The notes under the pieces are model-generated. The model made no database searches and was not told the DNA's origin. It saw only the letters and a program-made list of their open reading frames with translations. Source: an uncultured virus (IMG/VR IMGVR_UViG_3300009684_000030) (taxonomy: Duplodnaviria; Heunggongvirae; Uroviricota; Caudoviricetes). From it: 64,000 bases of DNA. The position numbers and the translations under genes were made by a program. Below, piece after piece: positions 37,073-46,166 of this stretch (position 1 is the stretch's first letter; each line of letters opens with the position of its first letter). The DNA lies in the IMG/VR virus record IMGVR_UViG_3300009684_000030; one strand, 5' to 3'.

Positions 37073-39085
37073 ATGGATAAAACAGAAAAGATAAGTTTAA
37101 AAACAGTTATTGATGAGATTAAGAATACTAATCACATCAATGAACTTATCTTTGATAATGTTGATACATTCACATCAAAAGTATTATCACCTAAACCAGA
37201 TGTTTTGGGTGATAAAAATACCGAACATCTTAGTTCTATTGATACTAGTATTAATTCAATAAAAAAAGTTCTTGATGATACTCTAAAGATTATTAAAAAT
37301 ATTGGTTTTGGTGGTACTTCTGGAGCTAAAAAAGGTACATCATATAGTATCTTTGATAAGATGCTATCACCATTTAAAACCATTATGAATATTCCTAAGA
37401 ATATTATGGGTGGTATTAAAAATATTATTAATATGCCTCATCGTATTATTAGTAATATTCTAAGTGTGCCTAAAAAAATACTTGGCTCGGTTGGTGGTTT
37501 ATTTGGATTTGGAAAAAAGAATAAAGAGGGTAAAGGATCATCTGGATATGAAAAAACAGTTATTTCTCAATTAACAAATATATCTAATACCTTACAAAAT
37601 ATTCTTGGCTCTCTTGGGGGTGCTGTTCATTCTACCCCACCGGCAGCTGCTGGAGTTCCGGCTGTTCATTCTACCCCACCGGCAGCTGCTGGAGTTCCGG
37701 CTGCTCATATTCCAGTAGTAACATCAGCACCAAAAGGCATAACTGGTTTTGGAAAAGGTATCTCCAATGTTGGAAAGGGTATAGGAGCTGGAATTAAAGG
37801 TACACTTACTGGATTATCATTAGGATTACAATCTCTTGGTAATATGAAAGTCTTGAAGGGCATTGGTGCACTGGCATTATTAGGTATAACAATGATACCA
37901 TTTGCAAAATCATTAGATATGATGAAGTCTGTTGGTATTGGTACTATTGGTGTTTTTGCCACCGGCCTATTAACACTTGGGGTTGCAGCAAAGTTATTAT
38001 CATCTCCTACATTACTTCAGGGGGCACTTACTATAGCAGCCCTTGGAGCATCAATAATCCCCCTTGCATATGCCTTGGATATGATGAAATCGGTAGGTAT
38101 TGAAACTATAGGAGTTCTTGCTGCAGGAATAGCAGCACTAGGTGTAGCTGCTGCCGTTCTTGGCATACCTGCAGTCGCCCCATTTATTTTCCTAGGTGCT
38201 CTTGCAATAGGAGCCCTTGGAGCAGCATTAATACCATTTGCGTATGCAATGAATTTAATGAAGGATATTAACTGGGATGAGTTTATGAAAGCCGGTGATG
38301 CTTTAACCGCATTTTCGATTGGTATAATTCCTCTTGCTACCGCAGTTCCATTAATTACAGCAAGCGCAATCGGATTAGGATTATTTGCTGGGGGTGTTAA
38401 ACTTCTTAGAATGGCCTTGGGCGATGATAATGGTATAGGTATTACTAACTTTATGGATGGATTAAGCTCTATGACTAAAGTCCTTGATCCAGATAAATTA
38501 ACAGGTTCTGCTATTGCTCTTGGAAAACTAAGTTTGGCAATTATAGCACTTGGAGGATCTCAAGCATTATCTGGTATGGCTGGATTCTTTGGAAAAATAT
38601 TTTCAATGGGATCTGATAATCCAATTGAGCAATTAATTAGATTATCAAAGGAAGGATATAATCTAATTCAAATCGGAGACGGAGTTCAGAAAATAGCAGA
38701 TGGTATTAAAGCATTGGCTGACGCATCGAAAGGTATCCTTGCTCTTAATGATCTGGATATTAAAAAACTTCAAGAGATTGCAAAGTTCGAAGATGCTCGC
38801 CAAGCAGGGTATACCTCATGGAATGATTATGAAGGACATAATTTTGAATTTAGAGCTAAAAATACTGGCAATGAAGCAGCTGCAATTCAAGGAGTGACTG
38901 GAACAGCCGGAGTTGAATTAAACCAGGCTGCTAGTATTACTGCCGGTGCAGGTGGAACTGTTATTGTTAATAATATTGGAGGTAGTACTAATATATCATC
39001 ATCATCATCCAATGTAAATACATCAACAAGTATATTAGCACCATCTCCTCAAGGTTCTGCAATGTATAATATTTACAATGAATGA
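37073..39085 (+). CDS. Tape-measure-like protein (gp29 position)
   Basis: 670 aa, long Ala/Gly/Leu-rich helical repeats (PFAKSLDMMKSVG / PLAYALDMMKSVG), directly after gp26/gp51. Confidence 0.6.
   Translation: MDKTEKISLKTVIDEIKNTNHINELIFDNVDTFTSKVLSPKPDVLGDKNTEHLSSIDTSINSIKKVLDDTLKIIKNIGFGGTSGAKKGTSYSIFDKMLSPFKTIMNIPKNIMGGIKNIINMPHRIISNILSVPKKILGSVGGLFGFGKKNKEGKGSSGYEKTVISQLTNISNTLQNILGSLGGAVHSTPPAAAGVPAVHSTPPAAAGVPAAHIPVVTSAPKGITGFGKGISNVGKGIGAGIKGTLTGLSLGLQSLGNMKVLKGIGALALLGITMIPFAKSLDMMKSVGIGTIGVFATGLLTLGVAAKLLSSPTLLQGALTIAALGASIIPLAYALDMMKSVGIETIGVLAAGIAALGVAAAVLGIPAVAPFIFLGALAIGALGAALIPFAYAMNLMKDINWDEFMKAGDALTAFSIGIIPLATAVPLITASAIGLGLFAGGVKLLRMALGDDNGIGITNFMDGLSSMTKVLDPDKLTGSAIALGKLSLAIIALGGSQALSGMAGFFGKIFSMGSDNPIEQLIRLSKEGYNLIQIGDGVQKIADGIKALADASKGILALNDLDIKKLQEIAKFEDARQAGYTSWNDYEGHNFEFRAKNTGNEAAAIQGVTGTAGVELNQAASITAGAGGTVIVNNIGGSTNISSSSSNVNTSTSILAPSPQGSAMYNIYNE
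37622..37699 (+). repeat. Perfect in-frame 39-bp tandem duplication
   Basis: gctgttcattctaccccaccggcagctgctggagttccg x2 (AVHSTPPAAAGVP x2). Confidence 0.95.
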
Positions 39086-39351
39086 CGATTATTGTAAATT
39101 AACATATCAAATTCTTCTGTATTCATTACTCCCATAGAAGTAAACTTTACAGTACCGTCTATATCATAAAATACCGTAAATGGAATTGATTGAATCCGTG
39201 CTGCTAAAATAGTATCGAGGTTATCTAAATTATCAATATCAATAATTTGTAACTCAGTTGAAAATTTATTACAATACGTCTCAACTACCTTCATATATTT
39301 AAGGCAATCTACGCAATCTAAAAGTGTATATAGTTTAATTAAAAAGAGCAT
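39073..39351 (-). CDS. Thioredoxin/glutaredoxin-like protein
   Basis: CVDC motif, IIDID, IQSIPFTVF (cis-Pro motif); start uncertain (39351 or 39366). Confidence 0.65.
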   Translation of the reverse strand: MLFLIKLYTLLDCVDCLKYMKVVETYCNKFSTELQIIDIDNLDNLDTILAARIQSIPFTVFYDIDGTVKFTSMGVMNTEEFDMLIYNNRHSL

Positions 39352-39368
39352 ATAGTATATACACACTT

Positions 39369-39405
39369 AAAAACGGCGTCCTACAATAAAGTAAGACGCC
39401 GTTTT
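39369..39405. terminator. Intrinsic terminator downstream of gp32 (likely bidirectional)
   Basis: AAAACGGCGTC..GACGCCGTTTT inverted repeat flanked by A/T runs. Confidence 0.75.
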
Positions 39406-39427
39406 ATTATTTATTTTTATTAATAAA

Positions 39428-40876
39428 TTACTGACGCGCTAATTTAGCGAAGTATGATAAACTCGTATCATCATCTTCTTCCGTTTCTGAAGAAGCAGTT
39501 TCTCCTACCCAAGGGGCATCATCTGATTCTTGAATAGGCTCAGGTGCTGTACGGCCGACTGATGATCGGGTTGGTTCAATAATAGTAGGACCAACTGAAT
39601 TACCAGGGGCTGCTTCACCTAGGACTTCATATAACTTACGGCGAAGTTCATCATATGTTTTATAGTTTGCAGGATCAATGAAATCATTCAATGAATAAAT
39701 TCCTTCATAGACTTCCTTAAGGCGTTCTTCATCTCCTCCAAACAATTCAGAAACATTATCGAATTCGGACTTATCATAATTACGATAACCTTCCACATTA
39801 CGAATCTTCAATTTGAAGTTCGCACCTAACCAGAGATCAAATGGATTAGTTGGAGTTTCACCTGGGAATTGAGGCTGCATAACATCCATGATCTTATCAA
39901 AGATCTTCTTTCCGAACTTAAAGAGAAATTGCTTTCCTTCATTAGCTGGATTGGCTGGATCTGAAATAACCAGAATGTTTGAAACATAATGAAGGCGACG
40001 CTTACGATCGCGAACACCATCCTTATCAGATTCAATACCTGAGTTCCACTTTGCTGCATTATATTCTCCTCGTTTATGTTCAAGAGAGTTCGTTATTTCT
40101 CTCCCTGGGATTTTACCCAACTGATACTTTCATATCAGACCAGACTATATCACAGTCCTCAAGGGACTCTCGGCATTTCGTACCACTTGGTACTACTCCT
40201 TTACGGATAGTCGTTGAACCTTCTTCATTTAATATTATCATATCAAATAAAGCTTGGCTGCTGATTGCCCAATTTAACAGATTGTTAGAATTCACTAAAC
40301 CTAAACCATTTCTAACATCATTACCTTTTAGTACTAATGTTATTATTTTATAACCATTTTTAATAGCACCTAACATTTTATCTTCAACATTTTTAATATG
40401 CAGATTATATGTATATGTACTTTTTATTAGTTAATAGGTTTGTATATTGAGTCATACTTTATTTATAATATGACTGAATTTAATACTTGTAAGTGAAGCT
40501 ACTGTTAACTCTAAGGGGTTTCCAGCAATTAACCGAATTTGCAAAAGACGTTACCGTCTTAGGCCGCTAGAAAATTAACGGGGTCGGGTTGACCAATTGA
40601 GGTCAAGGAATTCTCGATGTACCATCTTCCGGTTGGACCTTTAAAGCCGTGATCCCAGAAACGAACCCATGGAAGATCTTCACCCTCCTTGGCTGGAAGA
40701 AAACGAAACACTGCGTATCCGTTTCCTGCTTTATCTACTGCTGGAGCCCATAGACGGTCATCACCGTAAGTTTTAGCGGCTCCACCTGTTTTTTCTGCTG
40801 CAACTACTAGTTTGTTAATTGCGGCGTCTCTATTCTTCTTAAGGGAATCAAACCCTCCTGATGTATTATTTTGCAT
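39428..40876 (-). CDS. gp32: Single-stranded DNA-binding protein gp32, two exons (40876-40578 and 40070-39428; 313 aa spliced)
   Basis: DDRLWAPAVDKAGNGYAVFRFLP..HGFKGPTGRWYIENSLT..DPV joined to GEYNAAKWNSG..FGKKIFDKI..GANFKLKIR..NYDKSEF; acidic tail ending SYFAKLA. Confidence 0.93.
40071..40577 (-). ncRNA. Group I intron (IA2-like), 507 nt
   Basis: Starts TAA after a U.G pair in P1 (CCGU|UA..UAGCGG) and ends in G (AAACG). P AATTGCTGGAAA, Q AATCAGCAG, R TTCAACGACTA, S GATATAGTCT; P2, P7.1, P7.2, P8 and P9 (GAAA) hairpins visible. Removal restores the gp32 frame. Confidence 0.92.
40405..40455 (-). pseudogene. Probable remnant of an intron-encoded GIY-YIG homing endonuclease
   Basis: MTQYTNLLTNKKYIYI* resembles the TNxxNxKxYIG segment of GIY-YIG nucleases; preceded by TATAAATA inside a hairpin. 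Confidence 0.5.
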
Positions 40877-40949
40877 TGTATGTTGTTGTATTTTTGTTTT
40901 GTATCATATGGAAGAAATTAAATTATCTAGTCTCTTCCGTATAAAGTAT

Positions 40950-40978
40950 ATTATATATTATTTGTTCACCGTTGTAAA
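40950..40978 (-). promoter_or_regulatory. Sigma70-like promoter for gp32
   Basis: TTTACA-17-TATAAT. Confidence 0.7.
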
Positions 40979-41605
40979 CAAAGAAATAATAATATCTCGG
41001 CTCTTATCCAAGTTCATTTCTGAACAAAGGAAAGGGCTATATTTAAGAATCCTCCGATTTATGTCAGACATAATATCGAGCGGATCATTAAGAGTATTAT
41101 TTATATCTTTTGAAAATGATACTAAATTCTCAAGGATAACCAGAGACTCTAGTGATAGGGTCTTCTTTTGATATAGTGTATAGATTAGAGGAAAGTTGGA
41201 TCTATCTTTGGGAAGAATCGCCTCATCAAAGTGAAGATGAAATTTTTCACATTCATTCAACATATTACTCATTTCAGATTTAAAAGTATAGTCAAGGCGC
41301 TGAATCTTTGCGCACCATTGATGATATGTATTATCATTCATACCGCCAATCCAAGTATTTCCTTCAAGGATATTTGCTAGGAAATATAGGATAAGATCAT
41401 TTTTCTTAGGATACGTTTTTGATAACTTCTCAAGGGACCATTTATTCCTTGCCTCTGTTACACTACCTCTTTTAAGTTTAGGTCCTTTAAAATTAAACTT
41501 AAAAGCATCATATTTAGATCCAGATTTGAAGTGTAGTGATATTGACATATACACTTGCCATACATCCGATGGTGCTATTCCAATATCTTTACTGAGAACT
41601 ATCAT
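40958..41605 (-). CDS. gp59: Helicase loader gp59
   Basis: YMSISLHF....YDAFKFN; YFLAN; W...IQRLDYTFKSE; SLESLVIL; gene order 33-59-32. Confidence 0.85.
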   Translation of the reverse strand: MIVLSKDIGIAPSDVWQVYMSISLHFKSGSKYDAFKFNFKGPKLKRGSVTEARNKWSLEKLSKTYPKKNDLILYFLANILEGNTWIGGMNDNTYHQWCAKIQRLDYTFKSEMSNMLNECEKFHLHFDEAILPKDRSNFPLIYTLYQKKTLSLESLVILENLVSFSKDINNTLNDPLDIMSDINRRILKYSPFLCSEMNLDKSRDIIISLFTTVNK

Positions 41606-41853
41606 GCAAACATTATTGAATTTGATGAACGAGGAATAAGATGATTCCGCATTGCTTCAGCTTCAAGTTTATCTTTAAGAGGTCCTGTGATTAACTTTGA
41701 AATATCCTCCGGATCAACGCCGAGATCATTACAAATACGAATAAGAGCCTCAATATATTGCATACCTTCATTATGTACTAATGCCTCCGTTTTTGCAATT
41801 AATTCAGTTTTAGTAATGACGGGAATAAATTTTTCAATATCTAATGTGCTCAT
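41602..41853 (-). CDS. gp33: Late transcription coactivator gp33
   Basis: YIEALIRICNDLGVDPEDISKLITGPLKDKLEAEA; likely start MSTLDIEK. Confidence 0.85.
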   Translation of the reverse strand: MSTLDIEKFIPVITKTELIAKTEALVHNEGMQYIEALIRICNDLGVDPEDISKLITGPLKDKLEAEAMRNHLIPRSSNSIMFA

Positions 41854-41860
41854 AGTTTGT

Positions 41861-43078
41861 TTATAGTTTTGTTTCAATAACCTTCAGAATAATGCAATGC
41901 TCGTTAAACCTGCCAGAAGCTTTCTTATGAACAACCTTAACTCCATCGAAGATCTTATCAAGCTTCTTGGGAGTTGCCGCGAGGATACCCAGGAGAACAT
42001 CCTTGGGCTTCCGTAGAGTTATATTAAAACTTGCATCCATATCCCAGTCTTGAAGGCTTGAACCTTTAACGGCAAATCCAGGAGATCCTTTTGCAAAGTA
42101 TACAGCCAATGTACGATATTTGGTATTAAAAACATACAATCGTTGTGCTCCTGGAATTCTGATAGGAGAGATAGAATCAAGATTAAATGTTGAAGAGTTA
42201 ATCTGATACTTAAGCTTTAGGATCTGTTTAGTCGCATCCTTAGTCTTTTTAATACGAGGCTTACGGTCAGCCATTTTTGCCTTTGAATGCATTCTTACAT
42301 CAGATAGCATAACGTCAAAACACTTTACTATCTTCTTCAGATCTGGTTTTGATAGGTAACTATAACCCTCAACTGCTTGATTACAGTTCTTTTCAAGAGC
42401 ATCATTATATCCACTCTGATGATATTCCAACCAATCAATAATCATCTTACAGCCTTGAGCAGGAACCTTATATGTCTTTAGCATAGCTGCAACATTAATA
42501 GTTGCAACACCCTGTGATGTATCCACCCAGCGATCAATTAGCTCATCCAGAACGATTAGGATGTCCTTACGAACATTTTCACGAATACGATCAAGAGGTG
42601 ATTGCCTAACTACCTTAACCTTAGCTTCTACAGTAGAATCATCTATAGCATAAGCACCAAGAAATACCAAAGCAGCATCAATTCCTTCCTTCACAACTTT
42701 CAGATCTGACTTTGCAATCGGAGGAGTTTCATGGAATGGCAATTGATTATAATACTCTTGTGCCTTGGGGTGAATATGAGGCATACCCCTATCAAAACAG
42801 CGGATCAATTTTCCAACGGTAGTCGGAAGAACAGATGGAGATGCTTCCTTAATTCTAGAAATTGCATCCTTGGAATAGTTCTGCACCTTCATCCATGTAA
42901 GGACAAGAGGTTTTAGATCAGGAGATGCCAGATAATAGTTATAGAAGTTCAAAGCGCGAGATCGCTTAGTATAGAATTTCTCAACATCCCAGGATTCCCA
43001 TCCATGAAAATCGGGTTCTTCCCCAGTATATTTAAAATCCGGGGAGTGAACATTACCGGATTTGTTAAAGGCGCTCAT
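41861..43078 (-). CDS. Hypothetical T4-like phage protein (405 aa)
   Basis: RALNFYNYY, IPGAQRLYVFNTKYRTL, TLRKP, GRFNEHCIILK; upstream of gp33. Confidence 0.7.
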   Translation of the reverse strand: MSAFNKSGNVHSPDFKYTGEEPDFHGWESWDVEKFYTKRSRALNFYNYYLASPDLKPLVLTWMKVQNYSKDAISRIKEASPSVLPTTVGKLIRCFDRGMPHIHPKAQEYYNQLPFHETPPIAKSDLKVVKEGIDAALVFLGAYAIDDSTVEAKVKVVRQSPLDRIRENVRKDILIVLDELIDRWVDTSQGVATINVAAMLKTYKVPAQGCKMIIDWLEYHQSGYNDALEKNCNQAVEGYSYLSKPDLKKIVKCFDVMLSDVRMHSKAKMADRKPRIKKTKDATKQILKLKYQINSSTFNLDSISPIRIPGAQRLYVFNTKYRTLAVYFAKGSPGFAVKGSSLQDWDMDASFNITLRKPKDVLLGILAATPKKLDKIFDGVKVVHKKASGRFNEHCIILKVIETKL

Positions 43079-43347
43079 AGGGAAACATTTACCGAAATCA
43101 GAGAATCAATACGAAATGACCGCCATCCTTCTGCATCCAAATCATATACCTTTACAACTTCATCAGATTCGGCTCTTACGTTAGAGCCTTCTAGTTTGGC
43201 CATTGGATATGACTCATGCGGAATACGGGATCCGTCCCGGGTGCATTTCATAGCACGGTGCTCACCATCAACCTTGATAAAGGTAATATCTAGGATATGT
43301 GTACTCAATGCAGTCTCGAGATTTTCCTTTGTGTTTAGATTCTTCAT
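43075..43347 (-). CDS. WYL-like/Sm-like SH3 beta-barrel protein (DUF2693-type)
   Basis: ITFIKVDGEHRAMKCT..VYDLDAEGWRSFRIDSL. Confidence 0.7.
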   Translation of the reverse strand: MKNLNTKENLETALSTHILDITFIKVDGEHRAMKCTRDGSRIPHESYPMAKLEGSNVRAESDEVVKVYDLDAEGWRSFRIDSLISVNVSL

Positions 43348-43353
43348 ATGTGT

Positions 43354-43382
43354 ATTATAAATTATTTGTTACTGAATGTAAA
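43354..43382 (-). promoter_or_regulatory. Sigma70-like promoter, likely leaderless transcript
   Basis: TTTACA-17-TATAAT-6 nt-ATG(43347). Confidence 0.7.
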
Positions 43383-43389
43383 TCTTATT

Positions 43390-43596
43390 TTATACGAATG
43401 GAAGAATAATGCGTGATTTGGCAGCATTATCCGCAGTATATTTTTCACCTTCAAGATGCCCTGCAGTGAAGGCTGCATCCTCAATTACCTCTACTGCATC
43501 TCGCAATGATTGTACTGCGGCTGCAATGGTAACTTTTCCTTCACAAACTGCTTGAAACAACTCGGTTAGGCTATCAGTATTATTCGGTGTGGTCAT
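43390..43596 (-). CDS. Hypothetical protein
   Basis: 68-aa ORF in operon orientation. Confidence 0.6.
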   Translation of the reverse strand: MTTPNNTDSLTELFQAVCEGKVTIAAAVQSLRDAVEVIEDAAFTAGHLEGEKYTADNAAKSRIILPFV

Positions 43597-43605
43597 ATAT
43601 GTGTA

Positions 43606-44187
43606 TTATAGGTTAAATTCTAGGATTTCGCAGTTTTTGGGATTTGTTCTATGCTCAACAAAATGAAGGATTGAATATTTGTTTAGATACATTATCATAC
43701 ATCTCATAATTTCACCATGGGATACAATAACAATATCATCGGGCAGCTCATCTTTAATCCTATGAAGTTCTTGGAAAAATAGAACTACCCGTTGATATGC
43801 ATCTGAGAATGATTCTCCTCCTGGGGCACGATAATAAAAACTAAAGTATTTTTTCCTATCAAAATCTGTATTATCTACGATATGACTAAGCTCTTCTCCC
43901 CAGGCTCGTTCAAAGATTAAAGGTTCCTCTATTAGAGAACATGATATATCTCCAAGTTCAAGGTTTTGTGCAATAATTTCGGCAGTATCCTTGGCCCGTT
44001 TGAATGGCGAATAGAAGATGACAGGATTTGCTCGAAGTTGTTTTATGAGTTTATCAGCACATTCTAATGCTTGTGTTACTCCACGATCAGTAAGAGCAAC
44101 CTCAAAATCATTCTTCTTAAGATAGACTTGAGGATCTACATTGGCCTCTGATTCACCATGTCTAATCAAGTAAAGTTTCTTCATCAC
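43606..44187 (-). CDS. Histidine phosphatase (phosphoglycerate mutase family)
   Basis: LIRHGES, SPFKRAKDTA, GES, IVSHG. Confidence 0.9.
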   Translation of the reverse strand: MMKKLYLIRHGESEANVDPQVYLKKNDFEVALTDRGVTQALECADKLIKQLRANPVIFYSPFKRAKDTAEIIAQNLELGDISCSLIEEPLIFERAWGEELSHIVDNTDFDRKKYFSFYYRAPGGESFSDAYQRVVLFFQELHRIKDELPDDIVIVSHGEIMRCMIMYLNKYSILHFVEHRTNPKNCEILEFNL

Positions 44188-44200
44188 GTATGCTATTATT

Positions 44201-44229
44201 ATTATACCACAATTTTGATCATTTGTAAA
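44201..44229 (-). promoter_or_regulatory. Sigma70-like promoter
   Basis: TTTACA-17-TATAAT with TGG extended -10. Confidence 0.7.
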
Positions 44230-44535
44230 TCAAATAATATCTCCTTTTGTATGATAGTCTGAAGGGGACCAATCATCTTCTCTAGTCCATGGGTCGAACT
44301 CAATGGAGAGTTCTTCATCAGACATAGTTGATAGCAGCTCATCGAGTCTCTCCTTAAATAGTTGAGGAAAGTTATAGTCCATAGCCACTAATTGCCCCTT
44401 GATATTACTCATTAGGAGATATGCATCGTCTGCTGACATAATGGAGAGTCCAACCGGACATCTAACTTGAATAACGCCAGCAACTGCTTGGGCCGCTAAA
44501 AGTGGTAGGTTATCATCTACTGAGAGTGATTTCAT
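44230..44535 (-). CDS. Hypothetical protein
   Basis: 101-aa ORF, ATGA overlap with upstream gene. Confidence 0.6.
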   Translation of the reverse strand: MKSLSVDDNLPLLAAQAVAGVIQVRCPVGLSIMSADDAYLLMSNIKGQLVAMDYNFPQLFKERLDELLSTMSDEELSIEFDPWTREDDWSPSDYHTKGDII

Positions 44536-44744
44536 CGATACGTTTTCTTTTTTACTTGTTCAATTGTGAATTGCGGAACACCAAGAATATCTCGGATTTC
44601 GGATTTTTCTCCCTTGCCAATAAAGTAATTAGCTTGGGACCATTCATCATAGTTCATTGCAGTATCTTCAGACAAAACTCTTCGAGTCTTTAAGGGTACT
44701 TGCCTTACGGCTATGACCAATCCAGTCAACTTATCAATTTCCAT
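44532..44744 (-). CDS. Hypothetical protein
   Basis: Likely start MEIDKL directly after the ligase stop. Confidence 0.55.
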   Translation of the reverse strand: MEIDKLTGLVIAVRQVPLKTRRVLSEDTAMNYDEWSQANYFIGKGEKSEIRDILGVPQFTIEQVKKKTYR

Positions 44745-44745
44745 A

Positions 44746-45864
44746 TTAGTCTTGGCCCTTTCCAGCCCGGAGTTTAATAAGGTATGGAAACCGTGGGATA
44801 CCATCCGGAGTTAAGTTGAAGAATTTACACGTAGCCCAAGTTCCAGCATACTTACTACGGTTATTCCAGAGGTCCGTAAGGAAGTCATGAGAGCCTTTGA
44901 TATTCGATCGAAACCTAACTCCATCAGCACGTTCCATTACTGCGAAACCTGCCATCGAACTTCTATTACCATTACCTTCGCCGATTTCAATGATCTTATA
45001 TTCATCGTCAACAAAGGTCTTACGCTTCAGAAGGTTGGCAGACCGCTTAAATTCATAAGGAGTATTAATACGGACCATTTGACCTTCGTAGTTTTCCTCA
45101 AGGAATTTTCCGTAGAGTTCATCAAGTTCCGCAAGGTTACTCACCTTAAAGGTTGCAACGGGGATGACATATTTGAGATTGTATTTCTTAATGATGGCCG
45201 AAATCCGTGCAGAGCGAACATTAAAATCGGCACTATTATCGCAGATGTCATAACAATGATACTCAACAAACTTTTTAGATTCTGCAAGGTCTGCTGCCGT
45301 TGGTTTGGTCTTCTTAATCAGAGACGAAATCTTATTGAAGTCATCATGGAACTCATGATTATAGAGTTCACCATCAAGGATGAGATCGGGTATTTCCTTG
45401 AAAACAATCTCAAGCTCTTTAAGAATATGAGGAATCGTCACCCACTGTTTACCCGATCGTGAGAATGGACCTGCCTTAGAAATTACTGCTCGCATTCCGT
45501 CCAGTTTAGCCTGAGCATAGAGGGGAAATTTTACTTTGTCCTTACGGTCCTCCCATTTCTTAGCTAGCATCGGCTCAACAAATGTCGGAGTATCAATAGC
45601 ATTGATGTCCTCGAAGGATCCAGCATCAATCTTTTTCTTCCAGCAGGCAGTAGCTTCAAAAATAGCCTGGGCATTACCATCCCGGTAGTTTGCCCGGCCT
45701 TCGTTAGTCGGCACAGCCTTGAACCAAGAGGTTGTGACAATCTTACCGCCTACCTGGCCGTGAAGAGTGCGATACTTATCGGCCTCGATTTCGATGGTCC
45801 ATTCCTGGGTTGCACCAGTGGAGGTGCGTGAGTATAGTGTAGGTAGTTTAGTCATTGTATTCAT
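44746..45864 (-). CDS. ATP-dependent DNA ligase
   Basis: QAKLDGMR (motif I), LDGELY, EGQMVR, LLKRK, PRFP. Confidence 0.92.
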   Translation of the reverse strand: MNTMTKLPTLYSRTSTGATQEWTIEIEADKYRTLHGQVGGKIVTTSWFKAVPTNEGRANYRDGNAQAIFEATACWKKKIDAGSFEDINAIDTPTFVEPMLAKKWEDRKDKVKFPLYAQAKLDGMRAVISKAGPFSRSGKQWVTIPHILKELEIVFKEIPDLILDGELYNHEFHDDFNKISSLIKKTKPTAADLAESKKFVEYHCYDICDNSADFNVRSARISAIIKKYNLKYVIPVATFKVSNLAELDELYGKFLEENYEGQMVRINTPYEFKRSANLLKRKTFVDDEYKIIEIGEGNGNRSSMAGFAVMERADGVRFRSNIKGSHDFLTDLWNNRSKYAGTWATCKFFNLTPDGIPRFPYLIKLRAGKGQD

Positions 45865-45891
45865 ATTGTAGAGAGAGCCACGAGATGTAGT

Positions 45892-46107
45892 TCAGCGATT
45901 CCGCTTATCCTTGGCGGATTCATAGAATGTCACCAGGGAGTTGTAGTGATCGAACTCGGCAGGAGTGGTAATACCGGATGCGGCCCAATGGGCGAGGTCT
46001 TCGGTGAAGGTGCATGCACCACGACCTTCGCCTTCACTTATCCATTGGAGGGTCTTGGCATTGATTTTGCGGATGTGATCAATCAGGGTAGGAATGGTAG
46101 TAATCAT
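45892..46107 (-). CDS. Hypothetical early protein
   Basis: Likely start MITTIP downstream of the promoter at 46138-46166. Confidence 0.6.
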   Translation of the reverse strand: MITTIPTLIDHIRKINAKTLQWISEGEGRGACTFTEDLAHWAASGITTPAEFDHYNSLVTFYESAKDKRNR

Positions 46108-46137
46108 GAGGTGGTGGGAAGTGTTGCTTACGGCTTT

Positions 46138-46166
46138 ATTGTACCATACTTTTCGCGATTTGTACA
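46138..46166 (-). promoter_or_regulatory. Early promoter, cassette class (copy 1)
   Basis: TGTACA-17-TACAAT with TGG extension; same architecture at 47820, 52383 and 56875. Confidence 0.8.

Noticed and set aside
40113..40376. 87-aa ORF inside the intron as an intact homing endonuclease
   Set aside because: Runs through the Q, R and S catalytic core and shows no GIY-YIG, HNH or LAGLIDADG motif.
39428..40876. gp32 as a pseudogene or two separate genes
   Set aside because: The intervening sequence has a full group I core and its removal restores the frame exactly.
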